Assembly: GCA_002501485.1 (NCBI GenBank)
Contig: DLTS01000036.1
Location: 7,515-71,514, forward strand
Direction of reading: 5' to 3'
Source: Acidimicrobiaceae bacterium UBA7830
GTDB taxonomy: Bacteria; Actinomycetota; Acidimicrobiia; Acidimicrobiales; Ilumatobacteraceae
Length of the DNA stretch: 64,000 nt
A model generated the notes under the pieces. That model was not told the origin of the DNA and made no database searches. It saw nothing but the letters and a program-made list of their open reading frames with translations. Below are positions 49,176 through 59,331 of the stretch, piece by piece. The stretch's first letter is position 1. Every line of letters begins with the position of its first letter. The translations under genes and the position numbers were made by a program.

Positions 49176-50219
49176 TCATTCAATGGCAGGAGCGGGCCCG
49201 GCACCTCTGAAATAGTCCAAGATTTCGGTTGAACCTTTTCCAAGCCGAAGCACTGACTTATCGCCAACCGTGTCACCAAACACTGGTAGCGAGTATTTCG
49301 AAAATCCACCTGAGTACGCCTGCTTTAGAGCGGCCGCAGTGAGAAATGGATCAAGCGTGTTGTCAACTTTCACCGACGCCGAGAGGGCTGTGATGAGATC
49401 TCCGGATGCGAATGGCTGGTCGGTGAGTCGAGCTATTGCGCCATCAGCCGCTGCTGAGATGAATTGCTGTTGACGTTGGGTGCGACCAATGTCAGCCGTC
49501 GGGTCAGTTCGCCACTGGCCTTCGCGAAACTCCTGGTAGGTGCGGCTCCGGGCGAATGCCAAGGCTTGCAGCCCGTCAAGTAAGTTGCATCCAGCCGGCT
49601 GCTCCAGCCCGGCTTTCACATCTCGGGTCGGGTACGGGAAGCAAATCGTAACTCCACCAAGTTCGTCCACGATGTCACGGAAGCCAACAAAATTCACTTC
49701 GACATAATGGTGAATGGGGATACCGAGTGTTTCGACAACTGTCGCAACAAGGCGCTCCGCACCACCGTTGTACGCCGCGTTGATGCGATTACTTCCTCCC
49801 GCGCCCGGAATTTCGACCCATAGGTCTCGGGGCAGACTGACGATCGCTGCTCCGCCATTAAGTTCGCGTCGTAACACCATGATTGTGTCGGCGCGCTGAC
49901 CGCTTACTGCGTTGGCATTACCGATCACGCCGAAATCTGGATCGTCTTCGCTGATCCCCTCTCGGGTGTCTGAACCGACGAGAAGGTAGTTTTCCGACGG
50001 CAAGTCGACTGGATCGTTGAGGACGTTTCCGTTCTCGTCGATCAAATTTCCATCGGCATCGACCGAGCCGGCGAGTAACCCACTGAGACCCTCGACTCGT
50101 TCGACTTCTGCGACACGATTGTTCGCAGCGCGAGTGAGACCCACGACCGAAAACGTCGCAACGACCACCATCACGAGCAATGTCGTCGGGATTGGTGATT
50201 TCAGGAGCCAGCGGGGCAC
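49176..50219 (-). CDS. LytR-CpsA-Psr (LCP) family glycopolymer ligase
   Basis: N-terminal TM, then ...YLLVGSDTR...RADTIMVL...SLPRDLWVEIPG...KINAAY, typical of LCP proteins. Confidence 0.85.
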   Translation of the reverse strand: MPRWLLKSPIPTTLLVMVVVATFSVVGLTRAANNRVAEVERVEGLSGLLAGSVDADGNLIDENGNVLNDPVDLPSENYLLVGSDTREGISEDDPDFGVIGNANAVSGQRADTIMVLRRELNGGAAIVSLPRDLWVEIPGAGGSNRINAAYNGGAERLVATVVETLGIPIHHYVEVNFVGFRDIVDELGGVTICFPYPTRDVKAGLEQPAGCNLLDGLQALAFARSRTYQEFREGQWRTDPTADIGRTQRQQQFISAAADGAIARLTDQPFASGDLITALSASVKVDNTLDPFLTAAALKQAYSGGFSKYSLPVFGDTVGDKSVLRLGKGSTEILDYFRGAGPAPAIE

Positions 50220-50271
50220 GGGTTCACGATAATCCTGAACACGACTCTCGAGGGCTCACCCCGCACCTCTG

Positions 50272-51075
50272 TTAGCGGAGGTGGACGACGTCACCAGCTT
50301 GAAAGCGATGGCTTATTGCGCACTCGTCAACAACTTCGAGTGATCCGTCAGGCGACACCCCAACAGCCCGGCCGGTAACAACCTCTGCAGAAGGCAGTTC
50401 AACTCGCACGAGGCGGCCGATCGTGCTGAGGTGGGCGCGATACCGATCGGTGAGTTCATTTTGAGTGTACGAAAGTAGGTCGTGGAGTGATTTGAGCACC
50501 GCTCGAAGCACGTCAGTCGTTGAAAGTCGGTGACCTGCGATCGCTGCAAACGATGTCGCGCCCGCAGGTGCCCAATTGATGTTGACACCGGTGCCGATGA
50601 TGAGAGAGCCGTCCGCGGTGATTGTTGACAGCATTCCTGCAAGTTTTGTGTACGCAGCTCGCTGGTTCGTGTCTGCCTCAGTCACGATGACGTCGTTTGG
50701 CCATTTCACCCACACGTTGCCAACGTCGAATTGTTCTGCAGCGGCAATGATGGCGAGCGCGACCGCGTGCTGCAGGTGTTGCGGATGAGCGATGGGAGGC
50801 CGAAACAACATCGAGCACAGCAGGTTCTCGCCTGCAGGGGCCTCCCAACGACGGTCAAGGCGTCCACGGCCGGCGGTTTGGACGTCGGCGACGAGCACGG
50901 TCCGATCAGGCAGATCGCTTGTTGCGAGTCGCCGAGCGAGTTCGTCATTCGTGCTTCCGATCGAGTCGAGGCGCGTCACTTGCCAGCCCTCGATCTGAAG
51001 ACGAACTTCGTTCGGAGGATGGTTGTTGCGCGTCACCTCGCCTACATTGTCATTTGTGCTCAAAAAGATCCTCAT
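50272..51075 (-). CDS. birA: Biotin--[acetyl-CoA-carboxylase] ligase (group I, no HTH)
   Basis: GRGRLDRRWEAPAG motif, KWPNDV, C-terminal ...GDVVHLR. Start uncertain: ATG 51075, TTG 51081 or GTG 51036. Confidence 0.85.
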   Translation of the reverse strand: MRIFLSTNDNVGEVTRNNHPPNEVRLQIEGWQVTRLDSIGSTNDELARRLATSDLPDRTVLVADVQTAGRGRLDRRWEAPAGENLLCSMLFRPPIAHPQHLQHAVALAIIAAAEQFDVGNVWVKWPNDVIVTEADTNQRAAYTKLAGMLSTITADGSLIIGTGVNINWAPAGATSFAAIAGHRLSTTDVLRAVLKSLHDLLSYTQNELTDRYRAHLSTIGRLVRVELPSAEVVTGRAVGVSPDGSLEVVDECAISHRFQAGDVVHLR

Positions 51076-52819
51076 CGCCAACCGAGGCGAAATTGCTGTT
51101 CGTGTTGTTCGTGCTGCCCGAGAGATGGGTATCCAGACGGTAGCGGTGTACTCCGAACTCGACCGAAATGCACTTCATGTGCGTCTTGCCGACGAGGCCT
51201 ACGCACTCGGCGGTCAGACGGCGGCGGAAAGTTACCTCAACACTGAGGCGATCCTCTCCGCTATCAGCGAAAGTGGCGCAGACGCGGTTCACCCTGGCTA
51301 CGGCTTCTTCTCTGAGAATGCTGACTTCGCTCGGGCAATCACGGCAATGGGCGTGGCTTGGATTGGCCCTCCTCCTGAAGCAATCGATGAGATGGGTGAC
51401 AAGGTGTCATCTCGCATCGCAGCCCAGCGTGGTGGCGCTCCGATCGTTCCGGGCACAACTGAGTTCGCTCAAGGCCCCGATGAGATTCGTGCGTTCGGTA
51501 ACGAGTTCGGGTGGCCGGTCTGCATTAAGGCTGCCTATGGCGGCGGCGGCCGCGGCATGAAGGTCGTCGAATCTGCTGACGAGGTCGATGACGCGATGGC
51601 AAGTGCACAACGTGAAGCGAAAGCCTTCTTCGGTCGTGATGAGGTCTACGTCGAGCGTTACCTCACCTGGCCTCGCCACGTCGAGGTTCAATTGGTGGGT
51701 GACACCCAAGGCAACGTCGTGTGGGTCTCCACTCGTGACTGCTCGGCACAGCGTCGCCACCAGAAACTCATCGAAGAGGCACCAGCTCCTGGTCTGCCCG
51801 AGGGTGTTGAAGAAGCGATGGGCGAGGCCGCAGTGAAGGCAGCAAAGGCTGTCGGCTACCACAATGCGGGAACCGTCGAGTTCATCTATCAAGAAGGCGA
51901 GTTCTTCTTCCTCGAGATGAACACCCGCCTTCAGGTCGAGCACCCTGTCACCGAAGAAATCACCGGAATCGACCTTGTCGAGTGGCAGATCCGAGTTGCG
52001 GCGGGAGAGGCGTTGCCGATGACTCAAGAAGAAGTCATCGCGCGTCGTGACGGAGCCGCGATCGAAGTGCGCATCAATGCGGAGGACCCCGCCGGCGGCA
52101 AGTTCTTGCCGTCGCCAGGCCCAATCGAGTCACTGAAGACGCCCAGCGGATTCGGTGTTCGCTTCGACACTGGCTACGAATCTGGCGATGAGATCAGCCA
52201 GTATTACGACAACCTGGTCGGCAAACTCATCGTCTGGGGTAAGGATCGCCCAACGGCGATTGCTCGCACAATCACTGCGCTTGAAGAGATGGAAGTGAAA
52301 GGAGTTGCGACGACAATTCCTGCCGATCTTGCAATTCTTCGAGACTCAGATTTTGCTGATGTCACGCACTCAACGAAATGGGTTGAGCAGACTCTCGATC
52401 TCAGTGACGTGTCATCGGCTCCTTCTGCGGCACCCCCGGAAGATGCTGAGCCACTCGTTGAACGCAAGACAACGGTTGAAGTCAACGGCAAGCGCTTTGA
52501 TGTGAAGATGTGGGTTCCGGAAACGGTTGGTGTCGCTGCAGCGCCAAGCGCGAAGAAGCCGCGACGCTCCGCCGGTGGTGGCCCCGGAGGCGGTGGTGGT
52601 AACGGCACAATCACCGTTCCTATGCAGGGCACGATCGTGAAGATCGAGGTTGAGGTTGGTCAAGAGGTCGAGGCAGGCCAGTCTCTGCTCGTGCTCGAGG
52701 CAATGAAAATGGAGAACCAAATCAACAGCGATGTGAGCGGAACTGTTGCAGAAATCAAGGTTTCGGCCGGTGACACCGTCGGCGGCGGCGACACCGTGAT
52801 GGTCATCACCCCTGCCTAG
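51056..52819 (+). CDS. accA: Acyl-CoA carboxylase alpha subunit (biotin carboxylase + BCCP)
   Basis: VLKKILIANRGEIAVR from GTG 51056, an ATP-grasp core, and the C-terminal biotinylation motif EAMKMEN. Confidence 0.93.
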   Translation: MLKKILIANRGEIAVRVVRAAREMGIQTVAVYSELDRNALHVRLADEAYALGGQTAAESYLNTEAILSAISESGADAVHPGYGFFSENADFARAITAMGVAWIGPPPEAIDEMGDKVSSRIAAQRGGAPIVPGTTEFAQGPDEIRAFGNEFGWPVCIKAAYGGGGRGMKVVESADEVDDAMASAQREAKAFFGRDEVYVERYLTWPRHVEVQLVGDTQGNVVWVSTRDCSAQRRHQKLIEEAPAPGLPEGVEEAMGEAAVKAAKAVGYHNAGTVEFIYQEGEFFFLEMNTRLQVEHPVTEEITGIDLVEWQIRVAAGEALPMTQEEVIARRDGAAIEVRINAEDPAGGKFLPSPGPIESLKTPSGFGVRFDTGYESGDEISQYYDNLVGKLIVWGKDRPTAIARTITALEEMEVKGVATTIPADLAILRDSDFADVTHSTKWVEQTLDLSDVSSAPSAAPPEDAEPLVERKTTVEVNGKRFDVKMWVPETVGVAAAPSAKKPRRSAGGGPGGGGGNGTITVPMQGTIVKIEVEVGQEVEAGQSLLVLEAMKMENQINSDVSGTVAEIKVSAGDTVGGGDTVMVITPA

Positions 52820-52849
52820 TCCGAGCGCAGCAACATGGTCAGCGTCGGC

Positions 52850-54220
52850 TTATTCGGCGGCTTGTGACAGTGCTTCTGACAGTGCAGGGTGCACAAGAAG
52901 GCTCTCAACAATGTCGGTAACTGTGAGGTTTGCGGTGACGGCGAGGGCGATCACGCTGATGAGCTCTGCGGCGTGCTGACCAACGATTGACCCGCCGAGC
53001 ACCACTCCCGTTGCAGGGTCAGAGACGATCTTCACAAATCCTCGTGGGTCGTTGTTGATGAGCGCCTTCGGCGTTGTTGCGAATGGCACCTTAGTCACCC
53101 GAATTTTTCGACCGAGGGCAAAAGCTTCTGCTTCGGCAAGTCCGACATCGGCGATTTCTGGCTCGGTGAAGATCGCTGATGCAGCCTTGTCGTAGTCGAG
53201 GTGGCGGTGTTCAACGGTGTGCAGCCCCATTGCATGCTCAGCGACTTTACGGCCTTGCACTGATGCAACCGACGAGAGCGGCAGTTTTCCGCTGACGTCT
53301 CCGGCTGCATAGATGTGTGTCTGGTTGGTGGCACAGTGATGATTGATGGGGATATATCCACCTGCATCCGCCTCTACTCCTGCGACTTCGAGGTTGAGCA
53401 TCTCGGTGTTTGGCACTGAACCGATAGCGAGCACGGCGTGGGTTGATTCGACGACGCGACCATCGTCACATTTCACGACGACTTTGTCGAGATCGCTCGG
53501 GTCGCGTTCTATTTCGGTTGCTCGGGCGCCTTTCAACAGGCGCACTCCCCTGCTCAAGAAGTCGTCTTCGAGAATTGCTGCTGCTTCAGGATCTTTGCCT
53601 GGCAACACATGCTGACGGCTTACAACGAGGGTCACCTCCGCACCGAAGGAGGCAAACATATGAACGAACTCGACGCCGGTCACACCTGAACCAACGACGG
53701 TCACTTTCTTTGGAAACACCCGTGGTGGGTAGCAATCTCGGGTGGTGAGAATTCGCTCGTGATCTGGGTTGCACCACTCCGGAATGCGCGGACGAGTGCC
53801 CGTTGCGATGAGAGCAGAGTCAAAATCGATCTGCTGAACAGCATCAGCCGTGTCGACTTCAACACTGTGCGGGCTGGTGAAGCGAGCGGTTCCCCGGATG
53901 ATTCGCACACCTTGGCTTTCCAACAGCTCGGTCGTGTCATGTCGCATGTGGTCTCGGATGTTGCCCACTCGTCGAACGAGCGCTCCCTCGTCGACCGTAG
54001 TCGAGGCATCTGCGAGCCCCATACCCCCGATGCGTTGGCCAAATGAGATAGCGCCACCGGTTGCGATCATCGTTTTCGACGGGATGCAGTCAAGCAAATG
54101 CGCGGCACCACCAACGATTTCGCGTTCGATTATCGTCACCTGAGCACCAAGACGCGCAGCGTAGGTTGCTGCCTGGTTTCCCGCTGGACCGCCGCCGATG
54201 ATGACAAAGTGATGAGCCAC
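52850..54220 (-). CDS. lpdA: Flavoprotein disulfide reductase family member lacking the CxxxxC pair (LpdA-type NAD(P)H-quinone reductase-like)
   Basis: FVIIGGGPAGNQAA FAD site. GGAAHLLDCIPSK stands where dihydrolipoyl dehydrogenases have GGTCLNVGCIPSK. GTG start. Confidence 0.8.
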   Translation of the reverse strand: MAHHFVIIGGGPAGNQAATYAARLGAQVTIIEREIVGGAAHLLDCIPSKTMIATGGAISFGQRIGGMGLADASTTVDEGALVRRVGNIRDHMRHDTTELLESQGVRIIRGTARFTSPHSVEVDTADAVQQIDFDSALIATGTRPRIPEWCNPDHERILTTRDCYPPRVFPKKVTVVGSGVTGVEFVHMFASFGAEVTLVVSRQHVLPGKDPEAAAILEDDFLSRGVRLLKGARATEIERDPSDLDKVVVKCDDGRVVESTHAVLAIGSVPNTEMLNLEVAGVEADAGGYIPINHHCATNQTHIYAAGDVSGKLPLSSVASVQGRKVAEHAMGLHTVEHRHLDYDKAASAIFTEPEIADVGLAEAEAFALGRKIRVTKVPFATTPKALINNDPRGFVKIVSDPATGVVLGGSIVGQHAAELISVIALAVTANLTVTDIVESLLVHPALSEALSQAAE

Positions 54221-54361
54221 GGCTTCAGGCTATCGGGGCACAGAAATTGCCCGACGCCGACGGCTCAGAGCCCTGAAAACCGTCAAATAAGGGCTTCAGA
54301 CGCCAACAACAGCAAGGAACTCCCAAGCGAGACGAACGGCGGGCGGTACGATGCTGTTTCG

Positions 54362-55924
54362 ATGATTGGCGGAAACGAAGAATCTCTCCCGACTGACGGC
54401 ACCGCCACAGCACCCGATGGCGAACAACACACCGGAAGTGGTCTTCAGGCCGAGCGCGCTCGGCGTTCCGCCCAAATCGATGACATTCGTGCTGCAGGTG
54501 GCGAGCCATACCCCTATCGATTTGATCGGTCAGATTCGCTGTCGGAAATTCGCTCTCGTCATTCAGATCTTAAGGCGGGCTCTGACACCGATGATCGGGT
54601 CTCGGTCGCTGGTCGAGTTATGTTGGCCCGTGACTCGGGAAAGCTGATATTTCTCAACATTCGTGACCGTTCTGATGAGATTCAGTTGTTCGTCTCGAAA
54701 GCGGTCATCGGTGATGACGGATTCGCAAATGTGAAGTCTCTCGATCTCGGCGACTGGGTGGGTGTGACCGGCAATATCATGACTACCCGAAAAGGTGAGC
54801 TCTCGGTGCGGGTGACAGAGTGTCAACTGCTGTCGAAGGCGGTGAGGCCTCTTCCCGACAAATGGCATGGTCTCTCAGACGTCGACACCCGGTTCCGGCA
54901 GCGGTATGCAGACCTCATCGTGAACGATGATGCTCGGCGTCATTTTGAGATTCGGCATGCGATCATTTCGAGTTTCCGCCAGACACTTGCGGGCGAGGGA
55001 TTCATCGAGGTTGAGACCCCGGTGCTTCACGTGGAAGCCGGTGGCGCCCATGCCCGCCCGTTCGTCACCCATCACAACACGCTCGATATGCAGCTCTACT
55101 TGCGCATTGCCCTGGAACTGCATCTCAAGCGACTCATTGTGGGTGGTATGGAACGTGTCTTCGAGATCGGACGTATTTTCCGTAACGAGGGCATTTCAAC
55201 CCGGCATAACCCCGAGTTCACGATGATGGAGCTCTACCAAGCGTTCGCCGACTGGACCGATGTGATGGACATCACTGAGCGCCTCATCACCAATGCTGCT
55301 CGTGACGCAATCGGGTCAACCATGCTGTCTATTCGAGATGAGAACGTTGACCTTGCCGACCCGTGGCCTCGTATACAAATGATCGACGCTGCAAGCGAGG
55401 CGATCGGCACCGAGATCCACCCTTCCATGCCGCGAGATGCTCTTACCGACATAGCGACGAAGAATGATGTCAGGGTGGCACCACAGTGGTTGCCGGGCAA
55501 AATCATCGAAGCAATCTTCGAGGCTCACTGCGAAGCCGACATCGTAAGGCCCACCTTTATCACCGGCCATCCCGTCGATATTTCTCCTCTTTCTCGGGTG
55601 CACCGTAATGATCCATGCCTTACCGAGCGGTTCGAACTCTTCGTTGACGGACGCGAACTCGCAAACGGATATTCCGAGCTCAATGATCCAGTCGAGCAAC
55701 GGGCACGTTTCGAGGATGAACAGTCGGCCAAAGAAGCCGGAGATCTCGAACGTGGCACCGTCGATGAGGATTATTTGCGAGCCCTCGAATACGGCATGCC
55801 GCCAACCGGTGGGCTTGGCATTGGCATGGATCGTGTCGCAATGCTCATCGCCGGCGTTGATTCGATCCGCGAAGTTGTTCTGTTCCCCACCCTTCGACCT
55901 GAGGTGATGACCGATGAATCATGA
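54362..55924 (+). CDS. lysS: Lysine--tRNA ligase (class II)
   Basis: OB-fold region, then class II motifs (...[10 protein letters not shown]..., [38 protein letters not shown]). Start set to ATG 54362, beyond the divergent lpdA-like start. Confidence 0.93.
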   Translation: MIGGNEESLPTDGTATAPDGEQHTGSGLQAERARRSAQIDDIRAAGGEPYPYRFDRSDSLSEIRSRHSDLKAGSDTDDRVSVAGRVMLARDSGKLIFLNIRDRSDEIQLFVSKAVIGDDGFANVKSLDLGDWVGVTGNIMTTRKGELSVRVTECQLLSKAVRPLPDKWHGLSDVDTRFRQRYADLIVNDDARRHFEIRHAIISSFRQTLAGEGFIEVETPVLHVEAGGAHARPFVTHHNTLDMQLYLRIALELHLKRLIVGGMERVFEIGRIFRNEGISTRHNPEFTMMELYQAFADWTDVMDITERLITNAARDAIGSTMLSIRDENVDLADPWPRIQMIDAASEAIGTEIHPSMPRDALTDIATKNDVRVAPQWLPGKIIEAIFEAHCEADIVRPTFITGHPVDISPLSRVHRNDPCLTERFELFVDGRELANGYSELNDPVEQRARFEDEQSAKEAGDLERGTVDEDYLRALEYGMPPTGGLGIGMDRVAMLIAGVDSIREVVLFPTLRPEVMTDES

Positions 55925-56861
55925 CGATGAGAGCGCACCAACTTCGGTTCGCATGGCATGGGGAGCCGGGTGGGCAACCACCGATCACAACGGCGTCGAT
56001 CTAGATGCAGCGTTCTCATGGTTTGGCTGGGGCGAAGGAGGCGACGACGGGCTTGCGGGCTTACGTGAAACCCGTGACGAGTTGCGCAATGTGACAATTC
56101 GCCCGCTTCGCATGACGATCGATGTCGATGAGGCGCCGGCATCGGTCGCTGATGGATACCTTCGCTTGCATTTGTTGTCTGGTCGGTTCGCTGCCCCTCG
56201 CAGTATTAACCTCGATGGCATTTTTGGAACGCTGACAAATGTTGCTTGGACAAGCGCAGGGCCTGTGGCCCTTCACGAACTCGATGCGACTCGCATTCGT
56301 GCTCGGTCAGCCGGCCAGCATCTCACGGTGAATGGCGTCGACAAGTTCCCTCGCATGACCGACTATGTCGTTCCCTCGGGTGTCCGCATCGCCGATGCCT
56401 CTCGAGTGCGTCTGGGCGCCCACCTCGCCGAAGGCACCACAGTCATGCATGAAGGATTCTGCAACTTCAATGCCGGCACGCTTGGAGCGTCAATGGTCGA
56501 AGGCCGCATTTCCGCCGGCGTCCTCGTTGGCGACGGAAGCGATGTTGGAGGCGGCGCGTCGATTATGGGCACGCTGTCGGGCGGTGGGACCGCTCAAATC
56601 ACCGTTGGTGAGCGCTGCCTGCTCGGCGCAAACTCAGGCATAGGTATCAGCCTTGGTGATGACTGCGTGGTTGAGGCAGGCCTTTACGTCACAGCTAGCA
56701 CCCCGGTGCTTACTCCTGATGGCAATGTCGTGAAAGCGATCGAATTGTCTGGCCGCTCGGGGCTCATGTTTATTCGTGATGGTCAGACCGGGCAGGTTGT
56801 CGTTCGTCAGCGCACCGGATCTTGGGGCGCATTGAACGACGCATTACACGCAAACGACTGA
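55914..56861 (+). CDS. dapD: Tetrahydrodipicolinate N-succinyltransferase (actinobacterial type)
   Basis: [85 protein letters not shown], near-identical in pattern to mycobacterial DapD as I recall it. Confidence 0.9.
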   Translation: MNHDDESAPTSVRMAWGAGWATTDHNGVDLDAAFSWFGWGEGGDDGLAGLRETRDELRNVTIRPLRMTIDVDEAPASVADGYLRLHLLSGRFAAPRSINLDGIFGTLTNVAWTSAGPVALHELDATRIRARSAGQHLTVNGVDKFPRMTDYVVPSGVRIADASRVRLGAHLAEGTTVMHEGFCNFNAGTLGASMVEGRISAGVLVGDGSDVGGGASIMGTLSGGGTAQITVGERCLLGANSGIGISLGDDCVVEAGLYVTASTPVLTPDGNVVKAIELSGRSGLMFIRDGQTGQVVVRQRTGSWGALNDALHAND

Positions 56862-56870
56862 GTTCATTTC

Positions 56871-57755
56871 ATGTCGACAGCATCATCAAACCTTCGACTG
56901 AAGGGTTGGCTGCTCGCAGCGGTCGGAATGCTGTTCGTCTCTACCGACTCGCTCTTCGTGCGGCTCGGCGAAGGGTCAGGGGCGACAATGGCATTTCTCA
57001 TGGCGTGCGGTTCATCACTGTCGCTCGGCGCAGTTACGTTCGCTCGTCCGGGTGGTGTAGAAGTAGCTCGTCGATCAATGGCCGAAGCTCCGCGAGCCGT
57101 GTTGCTAATTGCCGTGCTCGGCGCCGCAACACAGTTTTGCTTCATTGTCGCAGTGACGCAGACCTCGGTTGCGAACGTCGTGGTCATCGTTGGCGCATCA
57201 CCGATTGCGGCTGCGATTGCGGGGTTTCTATTGTTGCGCGAGCACCCTGAACGTCGAGTGCTGTGGGCAATCATCATCACTGCGATCGGAATCGGGGCGA
57301 CCATGTCGGGCACGCTCGGCTCGCCGTCGTTTAGTGGTGACCTCGTTGCTGTTGTTGCTATTTGCGCCTTTGGGTTGTCGATCGTCGTGTGGCGGAAGCC
57401 CCCCGGGCTCGATCGACCCTCTGCGTTGGCGGCGAGTTCGGCGGTAATGGCGATTGCGACAATCCCGCTCGTTGACTGGGCATCAATCGATGTTCGAATG
57501 TTGCTCGCCGGTGGCGCAATGGGACTGATTGCGAACCCGGCCGGTCGCTTGATGTACACCGCAGCCCCTCGCTATGTGCCAACGGCGGAGGTCGCTCTGT
57601 TCGCTCCAGTTGAGACGGTAGCGGCGACGATCTGGGCATGGCTTGCATTTTCTGAGGTGCCCGCTGGGCGCACCGTCATCGGCGGCATCGTTGTGCTCGG
57701 TGCGATCGCACTTGCAACCTGGGGTGGCGCAACCGACGATGCCCACGGAGAGTGA
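56871..57755 (+). CDS. DMT superfamily (EamA-like) transporter
   Basis: 294 aa, about 10 TM spans, two EamA-like halves. Confidence 0.7.
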   Translation: MSTASSNLRLKGWLLAAVGMLFVSTDSLFVRLGEGSGATMAFLMACGSSLSLGAVTFARPGGVEVARRSMAEAPRAVLLIAVLGAATQFCFIVAVTQTSVANVVVIVGASPIAAAIAGFLLLREHPERRVLWAIIITAIGIGATMSGTLGSPSFSGDLVAVVAICAFGLSIVVWRKPPGLDRPSALAASSAVMAIATIPLVDWASIDVRMLLAGGAMGLIANPAGRLMYTAAPRYVPTAEVALFAPVETVAATIWAWLAFSEVPAGRTVIGGIVVLGAIALATWGGATDDAHGE

Positions 57756-57770
57756 GCACTCGTTTGCCGC

Positions 57771-58670
57771 TCAGGTGGCGGGCATGATGCGACCGACAAA
57801 CTCGATGACGGCAGCGTTGAAGATGTCATTGCGATCGCCTGCCACCATGTGACCAGCGTCAGCTACGTCAGCAATCTCCGCATGTGGAACAAGTTTCTTC
57901 AATTCACTAACGCTTTCATCGCTGACGATGTCGCTCATGCGCCCCCTGACGAGCATGGTGGGGATGTCAATCAGTGTTGCGGCGTCACTTAGTTCAGTGC
58001 GAACAATCGAGCTGCTCTGCTCCTCGGCCTCATTTCGCTCGCTGACGAATCGTGGGTCCCAGTGCCAGTACCAGCGTCCGTCGCCTCGTTGGCGAAGGTT
58101 CTTTTTCAACCCCGATGAATCTTTTGGACGAGGACGGTGAGGGTTGTAGAGCGCAACGGCATCCGCTGCCTCATCAAGACTGTCGAAACCTCGCATGCCC
58201 GAGCGCATAAATTCTTGAATTTTGACGCGTCCGGCCGTTTCGATTCTTGGGGCCACGTCGACGAGCACGAGGCAACTTGCGAGTGGTGTGCGCCCTGAAC
58301 GCGCGATCGTTGCGATGGCGAGCATTGATGCGAGTCCACCGAGAGATGCTCCAACGAGTGCTGGTGGTTGCGTGCAGGTTGCTGCAACCTCGATGAGGTC
58401 ATCTGCGTAACGCTGCAGGGCGTAGTCGCCATCGGGTGACCAGTCGCTGTCGCTGTGGCCTCGAAGGTCGACCGACACGGCCCGGTAGCCAGCGTGTGCG
58501 AAGGCTGCACCTGCCCCTCCCCAGGCGTGGCGGGTCTGTCCCCCGCCGTGCATGAGCATCACGGTGGGAGCGTCGTCAGGCCCGTAGATATCGGCAGCTA
58601 ATGTCAGGCCACTGCCGGCCACTCTGACGGTTCCACGGGGTGCAGCGTCGAAGGCGGGGGGTGAACTCAT
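57771..58670 (-). CDS. Alpha/beta hydrolase
   Basis: MLMHGGGQTRHAW, nucleophile elbow GASLGG, C-terminal DAGHMV. Start set to ATG 58670. Confidence 0.75.
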   Translation of the reverse strand: MSSPPAFDAAPRGTVRVAGSGLTLAADIYGPDDAPTVMLMHGGGQTRHAWGGAGAAFAHAGYRAVSVDLRGHSDSDWSPDGDYALQRYADDLIEVAATCTQPPALVGASLGGLASMLAIATIARSGRTPLASCLVLVDVAPRIETAGRVKIQEFMRSGMRGFDSLDEAADAVALYNPHRPRPKDSSGLKKNLRQRGDGRWYWHWDPRFVSERNEAEEQSSSIVRTELSDAATLIDIPTMLVRGRMSDIVSDESVSELKKLVPHAEIADVADAGHMVAGDRNDIFNAAVIEFVGRIMPAT

Positions 58671-58701
58671 TTCCCTATCGTGGCAGGTAGCGTTCGCCGC
58701 C

Positions 58702-59331
58702 ATGCCAGCGGCCGAGTCTCTTCTTTCTTTTGCTGCGGCCTCATTTGTTCTCCTCATCATTCCGGGCCCTGCAGTGCTCTACATCGTGAACCGTTCAATG
58801 TCTGATGGTCGGTCGGTTGCCCTCGCCTCGGTTGCCGGTCTCGAGCTCGGCAACCTGACTCATGCCGTTGCGGCGACGGCCGGTTTATCTGCTGTCATCG
58901 CAGCCTCAGCAACCGCGTTTGGCGTCATCAAGTGGGCCGGAGCGGTGTATCTCGTCGGCGTTGGTCTCAGCACGTTGGTGCGTCGTCCTGACGCGGTCTC
59001 CCTTTCGGTCGATCATCTGCCGAGGCGAAAAGCATTTAGCCAGGGCGTGATCGTCAACGTGTTGAACCCAAAGGTCGCATTGTTCTTCTTGTCGTACCTG
59101 CCGCAGTTTGTCGATGAGAGTCGAGGGCCAGCCTGGTCACAAGTGCTCACGTTGGGCGTCGTGTTTGTGGTGATCGGCTCTGTCACTGACTCGACGTGGG
59201 CGATCACAACGAGTGGGTTGCGCGACATGCTTCTGAGGGGCCGCTCGCTGGCATTCGTGCAGCGCTGGGTGTCGGGCTCGGTGTTCGTTGCGCTCGGTGT
59301 GCTCGCAGCCCGCGCTCACCGAGTCACTTAG
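58702..59331 (+). CDS. LysE/RhtB family amino acid exporter
   Basis: 209 aa, 6 TM spans, N-terminal ...LLIIPGPAVLYIV... motif. Confidence 0.8.
   Translation: MPAAESLLSFAAASFVLLIIPGPAVLYIVNRSMSDGRSVALASVAGLELGNLTHAVAATAGLSAVIAASATAFGVIKWAGAVYLVGVGLSTLVRRPDAVSLSVDHLPRRKAFSQGVIVNVLNPKVALFFLSYLPQFVDESRGPAWSQVLTLGVVFVVIGSVTDSTWAITTSGLRDMLLRGRSLAFVQRWVSGSVFVALGVLAARAHRVT

Noticed and set aside
56864-57559. A 231-aa minus-strand ORF opposite the EamA gene, and similar alternative-frame ORFs at 59625-60527 and 34865-35545
   Set aside because: They are shadow ORFs of membrane-protein genes. The plus/minus calls I adopted show clear TM periodicity and sensible gene boundaries.
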